Virus record (IMG/VR): IMGVR_UViG_3300023174_005338
Span: 62,001 to 126,000 of that record
DNA length: 64,000 nucleotides
Reading direction: 5' to 3' (one strand)
The position numbers and the translations under genes are program-made. The stretch's first letter is position 1. Each line of letters starts with the position of its first letter. A model generated the notes under the pieces. That model ran no database searches and was not told the DNA's origin. It saw nothing but the letters and a program-made list of their open reading frames with translations. Shown piece after piece: positions 18,901 to 27,929 of the stretch.

Positions 18901-19491
18901 ATTGCCACTGGGAATGATATTGCCAGTGACATTGAGGCCAATGTTGGTGTTCCAAGCATTGTTGGCGCTGTTAAACAAGAATGTGGCTATGGCATCGTTG
19001 GCACCCACGGTCATGCCCGACCCGTTGGCTGCATTAGCCGAAGCCGCTGTGTTGGCCAACTGTATGGTCTTGGCATCTGTGACAAGATTACCAATTTGGA
19101 TGGTATTTCCGGTCACTGTCAGATTGCCGGTCACTGTCAAATCGCCCACATTGAATGTGCCGGCAAGATCTATGTTGCCCGAAATGTTGGCATACTGAAT
19201 GTAAAGTTCGCTCCATCTGCGTGTGGACGACCCTAGATTTCTTATATTTGCGAGATTTGGTAATATGCTAACATTACTCTGCACCACTCCTATGCCGTTG
19301 GGGGCCAGGATCAAGTTGCCATTGGTGTTGGTGGTTAAAATTTTGTTGTTGGCGATTTGGATGTTGCTGAGCACTGGACCCGCGGCAAAAACCTGATCAA
19401 AATTCAAGTTGGTTTCGTTGAAAGCGGTTCTCAGCGGATCGCCGGTGCCATCATTAGGTATAGCGCCGATGTTGATTACATATTGGGTCAT
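15973..19491 (-). CDS. Tail fibre protein
   Basis: N-terminal INIGAIPNDGTGDPLRTAF, repeated WTFxxDGxxxFP modules, Gly-rich segment, GN/ANN-rich low complexity. Confidence 0.85.
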   Translation of the reverse strand: MTQYVINIGAIPNDGTGDPLRTAFNETNLNFDQVFAAGPVLSNIQIANNKILTTNTNGNLILAPNGIGVVQSNVSILPNLANIRNLGSSTRRWSELYIQYANISGNIDLAGTFNVGDLTVTGNLTVTGNTIQIGNLVTDAKTIQLANTAASANAANGSGMTVGANDAIATFLFNSANNAWNTNIGLNVTGNIIPSGNAVYSLGNATNQWNDLYVSNATIFMNNVPISLSAGNVLTVNGEALLSNDSNTSISTTGNITADYFIGDGSQLSNLPVANLPVATNSTPGVVALGNGFSLNASNQVSTSSLYNTNISNPAQHYALQVDTNGVVILPDQSIINGSTLRAVAGGYAGLTTNDGENSWMWVDANGAYIATQYNETGNSHQWTFDNTGTTTFPTGGLISNYPGLTGANNSWFVTPGNGTGGISSQDGQQYIQVNDDLFIEIGAGYGTANAFVWQFGLDGTFATNGNINTTGNVSANFFLGDGSQLTGISTANTGNVTFNDVNIIGDGNLYLQPDPANADAYLNIYLTTGPDIHIAGNGETVILGTDDFANVTVNVDGNVSIQASNGTPHTWTFAPDGGTIFPTLTTQRGDISSGTITGQTLLFGDATQEAIISTPDGSNADGINSQRLVINPGKGEDSNGGEGGDIYLWAGRGGNNNGSGGDVKIRGGYAPADGTGGYIRIDGGASQANGAPGFIEITGGQGGNTTGGYVEITGGQGATVGGDVKMYGGYGTATGGNVNIWGGASGNGQANEGHVNIETGGNTWTFAADGSTTFPTGNITSDISLQLTTTFGNYRTVEYQTAGVWDVYVEDVATGPNDAWSWIDVTFKDNLINKPQVYIENQKASDGIALRWTFDENGNLTLPSGGVVSEGAAPTGLGNTIAITPSGGSDADQQLLVYPTGNIVEGNHLHLTTGNLLNTELYLGNDDFYVKLANTGNIIVNTAGNTAQWTFDTAGNLTLPAGGNLIVSSGGIVGSNASPAPYLSGFDSVSAITLSASGNVVATSNVTGGNLITSGSAGNITMTGGNITGANVVTANSFVGNGATLSNVTTTFESTWTVPTGNSTQSFTVTPSNTYYMWVDCNIPNGILTWNATATITNTNVPVVGAQYAWVYTGGGTPIDFTSIPNQFVGTSNTIVRSSTAPTATTNRFDFGINNASGNAVTVRYGWAQIS

Positions 19492-19621
19492 AGGTGGATT
19501 CAGCCTTTTTCATTATTTATGGCTAAATGCTGATCCAAACTGTGTTGCGCATTGTGCAATAGCATGCTATACTAGTCCTACGCTGTGTAAAAGCAGTGAA
19601 CTATTTAGAAAGGTAACACAA

Positions 19622-19885
19622 ATGAAGTTTATCAATCCAGAAACAAAAACGTTTCGTGTATTCCAAGCACTACAAAGTGGTAAAGCCTTGACAGCCAGCC
19701 AAGCCAAGAAAATGGGCATTGGCAACTTGGGCGCAGAAGTACACCGCATTCGCCAACATGGATTCGCAGTATATACGAATTCACGCAAAGCCGGCAATGG
19801 TGTAAATGTAACCGAGTATGTGATCGGAAAACCCAGCCGTAACTTGGTAGCCGCTGGCTATCGTGCTCTCGCTTTAGGTATCTAA
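19622..19885 (+). CDS. Small winged-helix-like DNA-binding protein
   Basis: VFQALQSGKALTASQA...LGAEVHRIRQHGFAVY; RBS AAGGT. Confidence 0.65.
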   Translation: MKFINPETKTFRVFQALQSGKALTASQAKKMGIGNLGAEVHRIRQHGFAVYTNSRKAGNGVNVTEYVIGKPSRNLVAAGYRALALGI

Positions 19886-19926
19886 TACCCATCCGCTGTC
19901 CGATTCAGACCGGACACCGAGCACCC

Positions 19927-19954
19927 AAGCCCTAGTGCAATACTAGGGCTTTTT
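19927..19954 (+). terminator. Intrinsic terminator
   Basis: AAGCCCTAGT-GCAAT-ACTAGGGCTTTTT. Confidence 0.85.
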
Positions 19955-19961
19955 CTTTAGC

Positions 19962-19990
19962 TTGACCATAAATGCAGGATCTTGTATAAT
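19962..19990 (+). promoter_or_regulatory. Early promoter
   Basis: TTGACC-N17-TATAAT. Confidence 0.8.
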
Positions 19991-20018
19991 ATAGTTTTAC
20001 AAGTAAATAGAGGATATC

Positions 20019-20534
20019 ATGCCAAACTGGGTATCAAATCGTGCAACCATTTCAGGACCTGCTCCGGTTATAAAGGAAATCACAGATATACTCAACAATG
20101 AAGATGGTAACCTGTTAGCTTGGATGGTTCCAGAACCCCGGTATGAGGGTGATCAGGATTGGTATATGTGGCGTGTGAACAACTGGGGAACAAAATGGCC
20201 GATCAGTGATATCTATTTTGAACATCAGGCCGACGAAGACGAAATCCAGTTCTCGTTTAGCACGGCCTGGGGACCACCAGTAGAAGCATTCAGTCGTTGG
20301 GCCCAGGCCGATGGACGTGTCGAGTTCACCCTGGAATACTGGGAACCTGGCATGGCCTTTGCCGGGCGTGTGACCTGGGATGGAGAGTACCTGGATGACG
20401 ATCACAGAGACATGAGTTCAGATCGTGAGGGGTATTTTGAGTTGGCCGAAGAAGTGTTTGGTTATGTGGAAGAAGATGAAGAGCCGCTCACTGAGTGGTA
20501 CACACAAGGTGTCAAAGACAAAGGACTGAAATAA
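20019..20534 (+). CDS. YubB/Api92-like ferredoxin-fold phage protein
   Basis: MPNWVSN...WRVNNWGTKW...FSTAWGPP...YWEPGMAF. Confidence 0.8.
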   Translation: MPNWVSNRATISGPAPVIKEITDILNNEDGNLLAWMVPEPRYEGDQDWYMWRVNNWGTKWPISDIYFEHQADEDEIQFSFSTAWGPPVEAFSRWAQADGRVEFTLEYWEPGMAFAGRVTWDGEYLDDDHRDMSSDREGYFELAEEVFGYVEEDEEPLTEWYTQGVKDKGLK

Positions 20535-20926
20535 TGGAATATGATATAACAACCATAGTAGCAAACATCCTGATCGGCCTGGGCCTGGGCATTGGCCTGG
20601 TGGTGTTCTGGGTCTGGCACACAGTAAGAAAATTTGAAGATGAACTACGTGGCTTGGTGCGTGAAACCATCCGGGAAGTTGAAGCCGACATGGTGGGCAT
20701 AGTGGTTGAAGAAGATGCCGGACAACTGTATTTTTATCGTGAGTCTGATCGCCAGTTCCTGTGTCAAGGCACCACATTGGCCGAGATCAGGAAAAAGTTC
20801 AACGACATGTATCCCGAAAAGATCGCTTTCTTGGCCGGCGGTGACCCAGCCCTGATCGAGCGATTAAAGGCCGAACTAAAAACCTTAAAAGAACAGGAAA
20901 AGAATGAAGGTAGCATTAGCGTCTGA
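20534..20926 (+). CDS. Membrane-anchored hypothetical protein
   Basis: N-terminal TM helix; TAATG coupling. Confidence 0.7.
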   Translation: MEYDITTIVANILIGLGLGIGLVVFWVWHTVRKFEDELRGLVRETIREVEADMVGIVVEEDAGQLYFYRESDRQFLCQGTTLAEIRKKFNDMYPEKIAFLAGGDPALIERLKAELKTLKEQEKNEGSISV

Positions 20927-21719
20927 CATCCACTTAGAGTTCGGTGCCATTGAACTTGAAAACACAGAATCAGCCGATGTGCTGATTCTTGCTGGCGACA
21001 TCTGCCAGGCCGTGGATGCACTGAGTCAGAACAAGCATGGCGAAGTTGTGAGAAATTTTTTTCAGCAGGTCAGTGCTCGTTTTCCACGAGTGATCTATGT
21101 GCTTGGAAATCACGAGCACTATCAAGGGGACTATGCCCGCAGCCGCGAACGCCTGCAGGCCATGTTAGATGATCTTGATTGTAAAAACGTTCATTTGTTG
21201 GAAAAAGATACCATGGTCATAGATGATGTGACTTTTGTGGGTGGCACCTTGTGGACTGACTTCAACCGCGAGGACAGCCTGACCATGTGGAATGCCAGCC
21301 GGAGCATGAATGATTACAGAGTGTGTAAAAACAGTGGTCGTGGTATCAGTGGTGGTGGATATGCCAGCCGACTACAGCCAGAAGACACCTTGGCTGATCA
21401 TAGAGCCATGCTGGACTACGTGCGGATGGTTACCGAAGGACAAGCAGATCGGAAGTTTGTGGTGGCAGTGCATCATGCGCCCAGCAGTGCCAGCGTGGCT
21501 GCGTGCTACAAGGGCGACTTGTTGATGAATGGCAACTTCTACACAGACCTCAGTGAGTTTATCCTGGATCGACCACAGATTAAACTATGGGTTCATGGTC
21601 ACATGCACAATGTAAGTGATTATGAAATTGGCACCACTAGAGTGGTCTGCAATCCTAGAGGATATGTGGGTCACGAGCGTCGTGCCGAAATGTTTGAACT
21701 TAAATACCTGGAGGTTTAA
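20904..21719 (+). CDS. Calcineurin-like metallophosphoesterase
   Basis: SDIH, AGDI, GNHEHY, HHAP, HGHMH. Confidence 0.92.
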   Translation: MKVALASDIHLEFGAIELENTESADVLILAGDICQAVDALSQNKHGEVVRNFFQQVSARFPRVIYVLGNHEHYQGDYARSRERLQAMLDDLDCKNVHLLEKDTMVIDDVTFVGGTLWTDFNREDSLTMWNASRSMNDYRVCKNSGRGISGGGYASRLQPEDTLADHRAMLDYVRMVTEGQADRKFVVAVHHAPSSASVAACYKGDLLMNGNFYTDLSEFILDRPQIKLWVHGHMHNVSDYEIGTTRVVCNPRGYVGHERRAEMFELKYLEV

Positions 21720-22090
21720 TGAGTGATTACACACCAGACCGTTGGACCATCATACGCATACACGCACCAGGCGAGGTCATATACAAGGTGTTTGCCTCCT
21801 GGTCGGCGGGCTATGCTGGGTCGGATAGCTGGAAGTTGAATTCGGGCATTGTCCGTGCCACCTGGGCAGACCCTTATTGGGAGTTTGACGGAAGTTCAGG
21901 ATCGGTATATCGTTGCCACCGGGATGCATATGGCACCAACGGTTATGGCGGCACGGTCTTGAGCAACTTGATCGACCGTGCTGAAAAGCAAGGCACGCAG
22001 ATTGATGTGCTGGGTGGCGAAACTGATTGGGGTCGATTGCAGTATGAGCCCTTGGCACAATGGATGGAAAGTGGGGTAAGAGATGTTTAA
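21719..22090 (+). CDS. Conserved phage hypothetical protein
   Basis: YTPDRW...YKVFASWSAGY...WKLNSGI. Confidence 0.75.
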   Translation: MSDYTPDRWTIIRIHAPGEVIYKVFASWSAGYAGSDSWKLNSGIVRATWADPYWEFDGSSGSVYRCHRDAYGTNGYGGTVLSNLIDRAEKQGTQIDVLGGETDWGRLQYEPLAQWMESGVRDV

Positions 22091-22265
22091 ATGGTTGCGG
22101 TACAGCGGAGCCTGTGTTATAATAACGGTGAATCCGGCCCACTGGCGGTGGGTTCCTTGGGCAAACCGTTTTCAAGACGAGTGGGCTGGACCCAGGGAGC
22201 GCACAGTGAGCCTGGGTTGGCTATTCTTGACCGTAAGACTATGGAAGGATGATGGGAGTTGGTGA
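22083..22265 (+). CDS. Hypothetical protein
   Basis: Overlap-coupled 60-aa ORF. Confidence 0.6.
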   Translation: MFKWLRYSGACVIITVNPAHWRWVPWANRFQDEWAGPRERTVSLGWLFLTVRLWKDDGSW

Positions 22266-22486
22266 TGACAAGTAAAACTGCAAATGGTGTGGTGGGAGAT
22301 CTGATCTACTGCCAAGCTACCAAAAATTACATGTTTAGAGTCTATGATCAAGACCATGATTTCACGGACTATGACATACGTCACTGTGACATGCGCATCA
22401 AGATCATAGATGCTGACGCACATTTTTATGAAGACAACGGCCAACTGACTCTGGATCATAGTCCAGCTACCTTGGGCATAAAATAA
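22259..22486 (+). CDS. Hypothetical protein
   Basis: Overlap-coupled 75-aa ORF. Confidence 0.6.
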   Translation: MVMTSKTANGVVGDLIYCQATKNYMFRVYDQDHDFTDYDIRHCDMRIKIIDADAHFYEDNGQLTLDHSPATLGIK

Positions 22487-22869
22487 TGGGCATGTTTGAC
22501 TGGGTAGAGTTTGAGGGTCAGCAGTATCAGACCAAAGATACTCCTAATCAGCTGTGTGATAACTATCGCATAGACGAACTTGGCAGATTGTGGGAAGAGC
22601 AGTATGATGCCGAGTGGCAAACAGACAGTCAAAGCCTGTTTGGTGGACACATACATCAGAGCAACCAACGTTGGGTAGAATGTCAGGATTTCACCGGCGC
22701 CATGCGTTTTTATCGTGAAGATGCTGAACGTGGTGGGCACAAAAAGGATGCCTGGGTAGAGTGGCAGGCCGAGTTCAAATGCGGACAGATGATTGGATTG
22801 AAGATGATGGACGGGGATAGGTTTTTGACCTGGTATCATGAAGCCATAGAAAAAAGAGGATTGGAATGA
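22486..22869 (+). CDS. Hypothetical protein
   Basis: MGMFD...YQTKD motif typical of phage ORFs. Confidence 0.7.
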   Translation: MGMFDWVEFEGQQYQTKDTPNQLCDNYRIDELGRLWEEQYDAEWQTDSQSLFGGHIHQSNQRWVECQDFTGAMRFYREDAERGGHKKDAWVEWQAEFKCGQMIGLKMMDGDRFLTWYHEAIEKRGLE

Positions 22870-23543
22870 AAATATACAAAAGCAACTACAGAAATCACTG
22901 GATCAGCCCATATACTGTTTTGGAATACGTATTCTTTTGGACTGCGTGGAGCAAATGTGGCCGCAACCGAGGAGTAATAGAGGATAAGGACTATGTGGAC
23001 CATCCGGCCTGGGTTGAGAGTGCCACAAACTATATCGAGCCTGCATGCCGAGCCATCAAGTGGGTGCTGGATCTTGTGCATCCACAGATCAACTACATCC
23101 GGATTGATCGCTATGATACCTGGAGCTTGGATCATACCTTAGCTGATATCATCTTGCCCATGCTCAAACAATTACAGGACACCAAGCATGGTGCTCCACA
23201 TGTGGACGATGAAGATGTGCCCGAATACTTGCGTAGCCACATGGCCCAACCCAAGGAATACGAGTGGGACACTGACAGCCTGCACTTCCAGCGTTGGGAC
23301 TGGATCTTGGACGAAATGATCTGGGCCTTTGAGCAAAAGGTCGTAGATGATGCCGAAGGCCAGTTCTTTGATCACAGCGCCTATGACACAGGCGATACTC
23401 TCAATGTCAAACAATGGTGCGAAGATGTAAACAATCGAGTCAGCAAAATCAAATACGACGAAGCCGGACATCGTGCCTGGCAGGCCCGCAAGGCCAATGG
23501 TTTGCGATTGTTTGGCAAATACTACGAAGCACTCTGGGATTAA
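22866..23543 (+). CDS. Hypothetical protein
   Basis: DTWSLDHTL...WDWILDEMIWAF...GLRLFGKYYEALWD. Confidence 0.75.
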   Translation: MKIYKSNYRNHWISPYTVLEYVFFWTAWSKCGRNRGVIEDKDYVDHPAWVESATNYIEPACRAIKWVLDLVHPQINYIRIDRYDTWSLDHTLADIILPMLKQLQDTKHGAPHVDDEDVPEYLRSHMAQPKEYEWDTDSLHFQRWDWILDEMIWAFEQKVVDDAEGQFFDHSAYDTGDTLNVKQWCEDVNNRVSKIKYDEAGHRAWQARKANGLRLFGKYYEALWD

Positions 23544-23546
23544 AAT

Positions 23547-24215
23547 ATGAAAGTTCAATTACTAAGTTACAGTCAACCCACCGCAGAATTTGAAAACATG
23601 GGCATCGCAGATGCCCAGGAACTTATTGCGTATTGTGCCCGGGTCAGCAATCCTGACAACCAACTCAATAAAGACACATCAGAGAAGCTGATCAGATACT
23701 TGGTCAAGCACCAACACTGGAGCCCACTTGAAATGGTCTCGGCCTGTATTGAAATAACCACCACCCGAGACATCGCCCGACAAATCCTGCGACATAGAAG
23801 CTTCAGCTTCCAAGAGTTTTCTCAACGCTATGCTGACCCAATCAAAGATCTCAATTTTGTTACAAGAGATGCACGACTTCAAGACACAAAAAATAGACAG
23901 AACAGTATAGCCACCAATGACGAACGCTTGCAAACAGATTGGGAACAACATCAACGCCAGGTTATTGCCTATGCAAAAATCGCCTACAATTGGGCTATTG
24001 CCCGAGGCATAGCCAAAGAACAAGCTCGAGCTGTTTTGCCCGAAGGACTTACCGAAAGCCGATTATACATGAATGGCACCCTGCGCAGCTGGATACACTT
24101 TATTGAATTACGTTCAGCGAATGGCACACAACTTGAACATCAACAAGTGGCCAGAGCCTGTGCTGAGGTCATTGCCAGAGTGTTTCCATTGGCCACAGAG
24201 TTCATTGGTGACTAA
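23547..24215 (+). CDS. thyX: Flavin-dependent thymidylate synthase
   Basis: HWSPLE, RQILRHRSFSFQEFSQRY, EQARAVLP, LRSWIHFIELR. Confidence 0.96.
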   Translation: MKVQLLSYSQPTAEFENMGIADAQELIAYCARVSNPDNQLNKDTSEKLIRYLVKHQHWSPLEMVSACIEITTTRDIARQILRHRSFSFQEFSQRYADPIKDLNFVTRDARLQDTKNRQNSIATNDERLQTDWEQHQRQVIAYAKIAYNWAIARGIAKEQARAVLPEGLTESRLYMNGTLRSWIHFIELRSANGTQLEHQQVARACAEVIARVFPLATEFIGD

Positions 24216-24699
24216 AAAGAAAACCAACGTCGCAGACGGTCGAAACAGTGCGGACATGGAAGTGGGTGGTGATCTTGTGGCATTCATCAACCGTAATGTC
24301 ACACCATATCCCACCGAAGTTGGTGGCCCTGCGTTTGATCTCATACCCATCGAGAAGCAAAAAGACATCATGGTCAATGTGGCCCGCATGCACGGCCAAC
24401 AGGAATACGACCGAATTATGGCACTTGTGGCAGTGTTGCAACAGCAGGCCGAAGCAGTAAAACGCAGGTTAGAAATAACGGATTGGGTGCATGCGGCCAA
24501 GTACGGTTTCCAAATCTATCACGGACAGTGCTATTGGTTGGCACATGATCTACGCCATGGTGGAACCTTGTTGACCCAAACCGGACCTGAGGATTGGACC
24601 ACGGGCCAACCGGTTGATTGGGAATATATCTGCCGGGTAAAATGGTTGGGAGATTATACCTGGGTAGAAGTTGACACAAATGGCCGTCATATAGTATAA
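24208..24699 (+). CDS. DUF2452-like protein
   Basis: PYPTEVGGPAF...EYDRI...YGFQIYHGQCYWL. Confidence 0.65.
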   Translation: MTKKKTNVADGRNSADMEVGGDLVAFINRNVTPYPTEVGGPAFDLIPIEKQKDIMVNVARMHGQQEYDRIMALVAVLQQQAEAVKRRLEITDWVHAAKYGFQIYHGQCYWLAHDLRHGGTLLTQTGPEDWTTGQPVDWEYICRVKWLGDYTWVEVDTNGRHIV

Positions 24700-24706
24700 T
24701 AAAAAG

Positions 24707-24934
24707 ATGAAGAATATATCCGCTGTAGAAACAATGAAATGGATCAGCACAGCAATCATGTTGCTGGCGGCTTTGGCCATAGTGGAAGGCCTACACCCTA
24801 CCAGCATTTACCTGCTAAACCTGGGTAGCCTGGCCTGGCTGATCACGTCCATCATGTGGCGTGAGTGGAGTCTGATCGTGGTCAATGCTAGCCTGTTGTT
24901 GGTGTATGTTTATGGGTTAACCAAGGTCATATAA
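24707..24934 (+). CDS. Small membrane protein
   Basis: Three hydrophobic segments; preceded by TTGACA-N18-TATAAT (24671-24700). Confidence 0.7.
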   Translation: MKNISAVETMKWISTAIMLLAALAIVEGLHPTSIYLLNLGSLAWLITSIMWREWSLIVVNASLLLVYVYGLTKVI

Positions 24935-25185
24935 TGACAGGACAACAAGTGTTTGAACAAGTGGTTGCTTTTGCCGATCAGTCGAGTCAAATCAACCGAG
25001 CTATAGCCATCACCCAGGAAGATTACGAACAGTGGCGACACGACTACATCTGGGAAGCCTTGCATGGCATCCGTTATGGTCAAAGTTTTTGCAATCACTT
25101 CGGAATCACCGACAATCATTTGTATTATGCACCTGGAGACATAGTCTGGTGTGACCGATATATCAAGAAGACCTATCTTGCGTGA
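24934..25185 (+). CDS. Hypothetical protein
   Basis: TAATG-coupled ORF. Confidence 0.65.
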   Translation: MTGQQVFEQVVAFADQSSQINRAIAITQEDYEQWRHDYIWEALHGIRYGQSFCNHFGITDNHLYYAPGDIVWCDRYIKKTYLA

Positions 25186-25399
25186 ACCTGGCTACATACA
25201 TCATTGCACTGTGCCTTGGACTGAAAGAAAGAATCCCATGTTCTACTGGGACAACCTGTGTGCCAGTGCGGTAGAACTGTTTGGCTTGCCTGGCGACAGA
25301 TACATCACTGACATCAGTGAAAAGTCAATGACCTGGAGTTTTCGCAGTGATCAGGACGCTGTGTTGTTTAGATTAAAGTTTGCCGAGGCCCTGACATGA
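25151..25399 (+). CDS. Hypothetical protein
   Basis: ORF in operon; start uncertain. Confidence 0.6.
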   Translation: MTDISRRPILREPGYIHHCTVPWTERKNPMFYWDNLCASAVELFGLPGDRYITDISEKSMTWSFRSDQDAVLFRLKFAEALT

Positions 25400-25800
25400 T
25401 GGAAAATTTGTATTTTGCTTATGGTGCCAACATGCACCCAGGACAAATGCACTGGCGTTGCCCCAACGCACAGGCCCAGGGAGCATTCATATTGCGTGAC
25501 TGGGAACTGAAATTCTACTGCCATGCCACCATTGAACCAAAGAAAGATGCAGAATGTGCCGGCGTGTTGTGGAGTCTCACCGCCGAGTGTGAACAGGCAC
25601 TGGACAGATTTGAAGGATTTCCCTACTATTATACCAAACGCACCTGGATACAAGACGGCGTGCAGTTTTTCTTTTACGAAATGAATGACCCTAAAACCGG
25701 CACACCAGGTTCGGGCTATGTGCGTGACATAGTGGAAAGCTATGACTTTTGGAACATACCCCGACAGCGCCTGAACCACTTGCTCTATGACCCAGCTTAG
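25396..25800 (+). CDS. Gamma-glutamylcyclotransferase-like protein
   Basis: YFAYGANM, ALDRFEGFP..Y. Confidence 0.85.
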   Translation: MMENLYFAYGANMHPGQMHWRCPNAQAQGAFILRDWELKFYCHATIEPKKDAECAGVLWSLTAECEQALDRFEGFPYYYTKRTWIQDGVQFFFYEMNDPKTGTPGSGYVRDIVESYDFWNIPRQRLNHLLYDPA

Positions 25801-26053
25801 ACGCAAAGCCGTATCATGTAAACAGTTACCACCCATGGACTGGATGCGTGACAAGGATAGTTTTGACCATGCTCACGAGATCGTCAAGCCCTTTGGTGTG
25901 ATCGAACATGTGTTAAACTGGTGCAAGGTCGAACTGCGTGGCGAATGGCGCTGGCAACTTTTGGAGATGAGTAGTGACATCAAACCTGGACGTTATATAT
26001 TTTATTTTGATGACGAGCGTGATTACTTGGCATTCCTGATGAAATGGTCCTAG
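25787..26053 (+). CDS. Hypothetical protein
   Basis: Overlap-coupled 88-aa ORF. Confidence 0.65.
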   Translation: MTQLRRKAVSCKQLPPMDWMRDKDSFDHAHEIVKPFGVIEHVLNWCKVELRGEWRWQLLEMSSDIKPGRYIFYFDDERDYLAFLMKWS

Positions 26054-26054
26054 C

Positions 26055-26804
26055 ATGAGCATAGACAATTTTGTGGTCCTAGACAGTGTTTATGGAAAAT
26101 TTATTGTGGCACGCACTTGTTTGTTCCAGGCCGAGGCCTTGGTCAAAACGGGTCGTACTCACATTGAGTCGGAATTAAACAATATTTTCGCGCTGGTTGA
26201 CACCTTGCCCGATGATGCTGTTATCGTTGATGGCGGCGCCAACATTGGATTTTTTACTGTGCCTGTGGCCCATAGAACACAAGGTCGCAATAATAGAATT
26301 ATCGCATTTGAACCACAACGACAATTGTTTCAGGCACTGGGTGGTAGTTTGGCCATCAACGGATATGATCATGTGTATCTACACAACTGTGGACTCGGTG
26401 CTGAACCTGGTAAGGCACAACTACCTGCCGTAGACTACAGCATAGCGCAAGACTTTGGCACAGTTTCATTAAATGACAAAACCACGGTTGACGAACATGG
26501 GTGGATGACAGATCGCGTAGTCGATGTGACCAGCGTAGATGCCATGGCGTTGCCTAGACTAGATTTTTTCAAGCTGGATGTAGAAGGTTATGAAGTTCCG
26601 GCACTGACTGGTGCCCTTAACACCATACAAAAATACCGACCTTGGATCTGGGTAGAATATTTTATCACCGGAGCGGAACCAATCAAACAAGCTCTGTGCT
26701 CTGTTGCAGATTATGATTATTACATAGCGGATTACCAAAACATGCTGTGCATGCCCCGAGAACAGGCCAATCGGGTCAATGTGTCTGGATTACAAAAGGT
26801 CTGA
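26055..26804 (+). CDS. FkbM family methyltransferase
   Basis: VDGGANIG, IAFEPQ, FFKLDVEGYE. Confidence 0.9.
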   Translation: MSIDNFVVLDSVYGKFIVARTCLFQAEALVKTGRTHIESELNNIFALVDTLPDDAVIVDGGANIGFFTVPVAHRTQGRNNRIIAFEPQRQLFQALGGSLAINGYDHVYLHNCGLGAEPGKAQLPAVDYSIAQDFGTVSLNDKTTVDEHGWMTDRVVDVTSVDAMALPRLDFFKLDVEGYEVPALTGALNTIQKYRPWIWVEYFITGAEPIKQALCSVADYDYYIADYQNMLCMPREQANRVNVSGLQKV

Positions 26805-26839
26805 TTGACCACTAATCTCTTTTATGATATAATACTACA

Positions 26840-27259
26840 ATGATCAATATTTTTGCTAAAAACCGCACCGTTGAATTTGTACCCATGCACACGGATCTAC
26901 GTAACTGGAGGTTCCTGGGCATGGAGATGGAGGCCCTGGGGACCAGGCTGGATGCGGCTCGAGAAGCCTTGAGTCGTGCTCGAACAGATTGGGCTCGTTG
27001 GTATTGGACTGAAACTTTGGAACGGCTCATGTTGCAGTGGCGTAGCATGCCAGCCATGCATGATGGTGATGCTACCATGACCTTGATGCCACGTTGGGTG
27101 GTGGATTATAATTATTACCAGCTCAGTGAGGAAGTGGGATATACAGGCTTGGAAGGCCTAACAGACAGCTTGTTCAACAAGGTATTCCGCGGAGAAAATT
27201 TAGACGAGGTATGGCGACGTCATAGAGATGAAAGGTTGATGCGATGCAACTGCCATTAG
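26840..27259 (+). CDS. Hypothetical protein
   Basis: Preceded by TTGACC-N17-TATAAT (26805-26833); ATG 6 nt downstream. Confidence 0.7.
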   Translation: MINIFAKNRTVEFVPMHTDLRNWRFLGMEMEALGTRLDAAREALSRARTDWARWYWTETLERLMLQWRSMPAMHDGDATMTLMPRWVVDYNYYQLSEEVGYTGLEGLTDSLFNKVFRGENLDEVWRRHRDERLMRCNCH

Positions 27260-27420
27260 GAAGTTTATGGACAGACACACAAGGTCGTGAATTTGTGATT
27301 GATGCAGTTGGTGACAACGGTGCCGAAACCTGGGTGACCTATACCCGAATAGGTGATCGGACCAGTTATAGATGTTTTGCTGAAGCTTTTACATACAGAT
27401 TTAAGGAAAAAATACAATGA
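27244..27420 (+). CDS. Small hypothetical protein
   Basis: Manual translation MQLPLGSLWTDTQGREFVIDAV...FKEKIQ; fills the gap and couples to the next ORF. Confidence 0.55.
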   Translation: MQLPLGSLWTDTQGREFVIDAVGDNGAETWVTYTRIGDRTSYRCFAEAFTYRFKEKIQ

Positions 27421-27611
27421 CACCCGAACGTGAAATGATTGTGTGGGCAGTGTTGGAGGGCAAATTGCCTGAACAAATGTTGACACAAGAAGAAGTAGAC
27501 GAAGTTCTTGTGCTGGTGCAAGAAGCCATCATGGACAAGCGCCTGCAAGAGGCCGAAGCCGCAGGTAATCCCAGCGTGTTCTGGGGCTTTGATGAGGATA
27601 CTTTGCATTGA
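27417..27611 (+). CDS. Hypothetical protein
   Basis: AAGGA RBS, ATGA coupling. Confidence 0.6.
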   Translation: MTPEREMIVWAVLEGKLPEQMLTQEEVDEVLVLVQEAIMDKRLQEAEAAGNPSVFWGFDEDTLH

Positions 27612-27925
27612 GCCAGATCTTGGCCATGTGGTGTAGCGAAGGCCTGGAGTGCGTGATCGACATCACCGAGGAGCAAAAAAAGTGCATGTGGGCCGAACTC
27701 CGTGGCAAGAAATACACACCAGGGTTCAGCGTTGACATGTTGAAACTACGAGCACAGTTCAACAGCCAACGGCACTACGAGATCTACACTTTTGACTCGG
27801 GCGACCATGGGCTGATAGAAGTGCGTGGAATGTTTGAAACCACACCGCAAACCATGGTGGATTTCGTCAGAGAGCATGGCACAAAGATTTACAGTGATCG
27901 AGTCACCGACTCGATCATAGTATGA
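27608..27925 (+). CDS. Hypothetical protein
   Basis: 105-aa coupled ORF. Confidence 0.65.
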   Translation: MSQILAMWCSEGLECVIDITEEQKKCMWAELRGKKYTPGFSVDMLKLRAQFNSQRHYEIYTFDSGDHGLIEVRGMFETTPQTMVDFVREHGTKIYSDRVTDSIIV

Positions 27926-27929
27926 CAGT

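Noticed and set aside
15228-19491. Diversity-generating retroelement acting on tail or LamG genes
   Set aside because: No reverse transcriptase and no TR/VR pair differing at adenines seen; internal repeats are short in-frame duplications.
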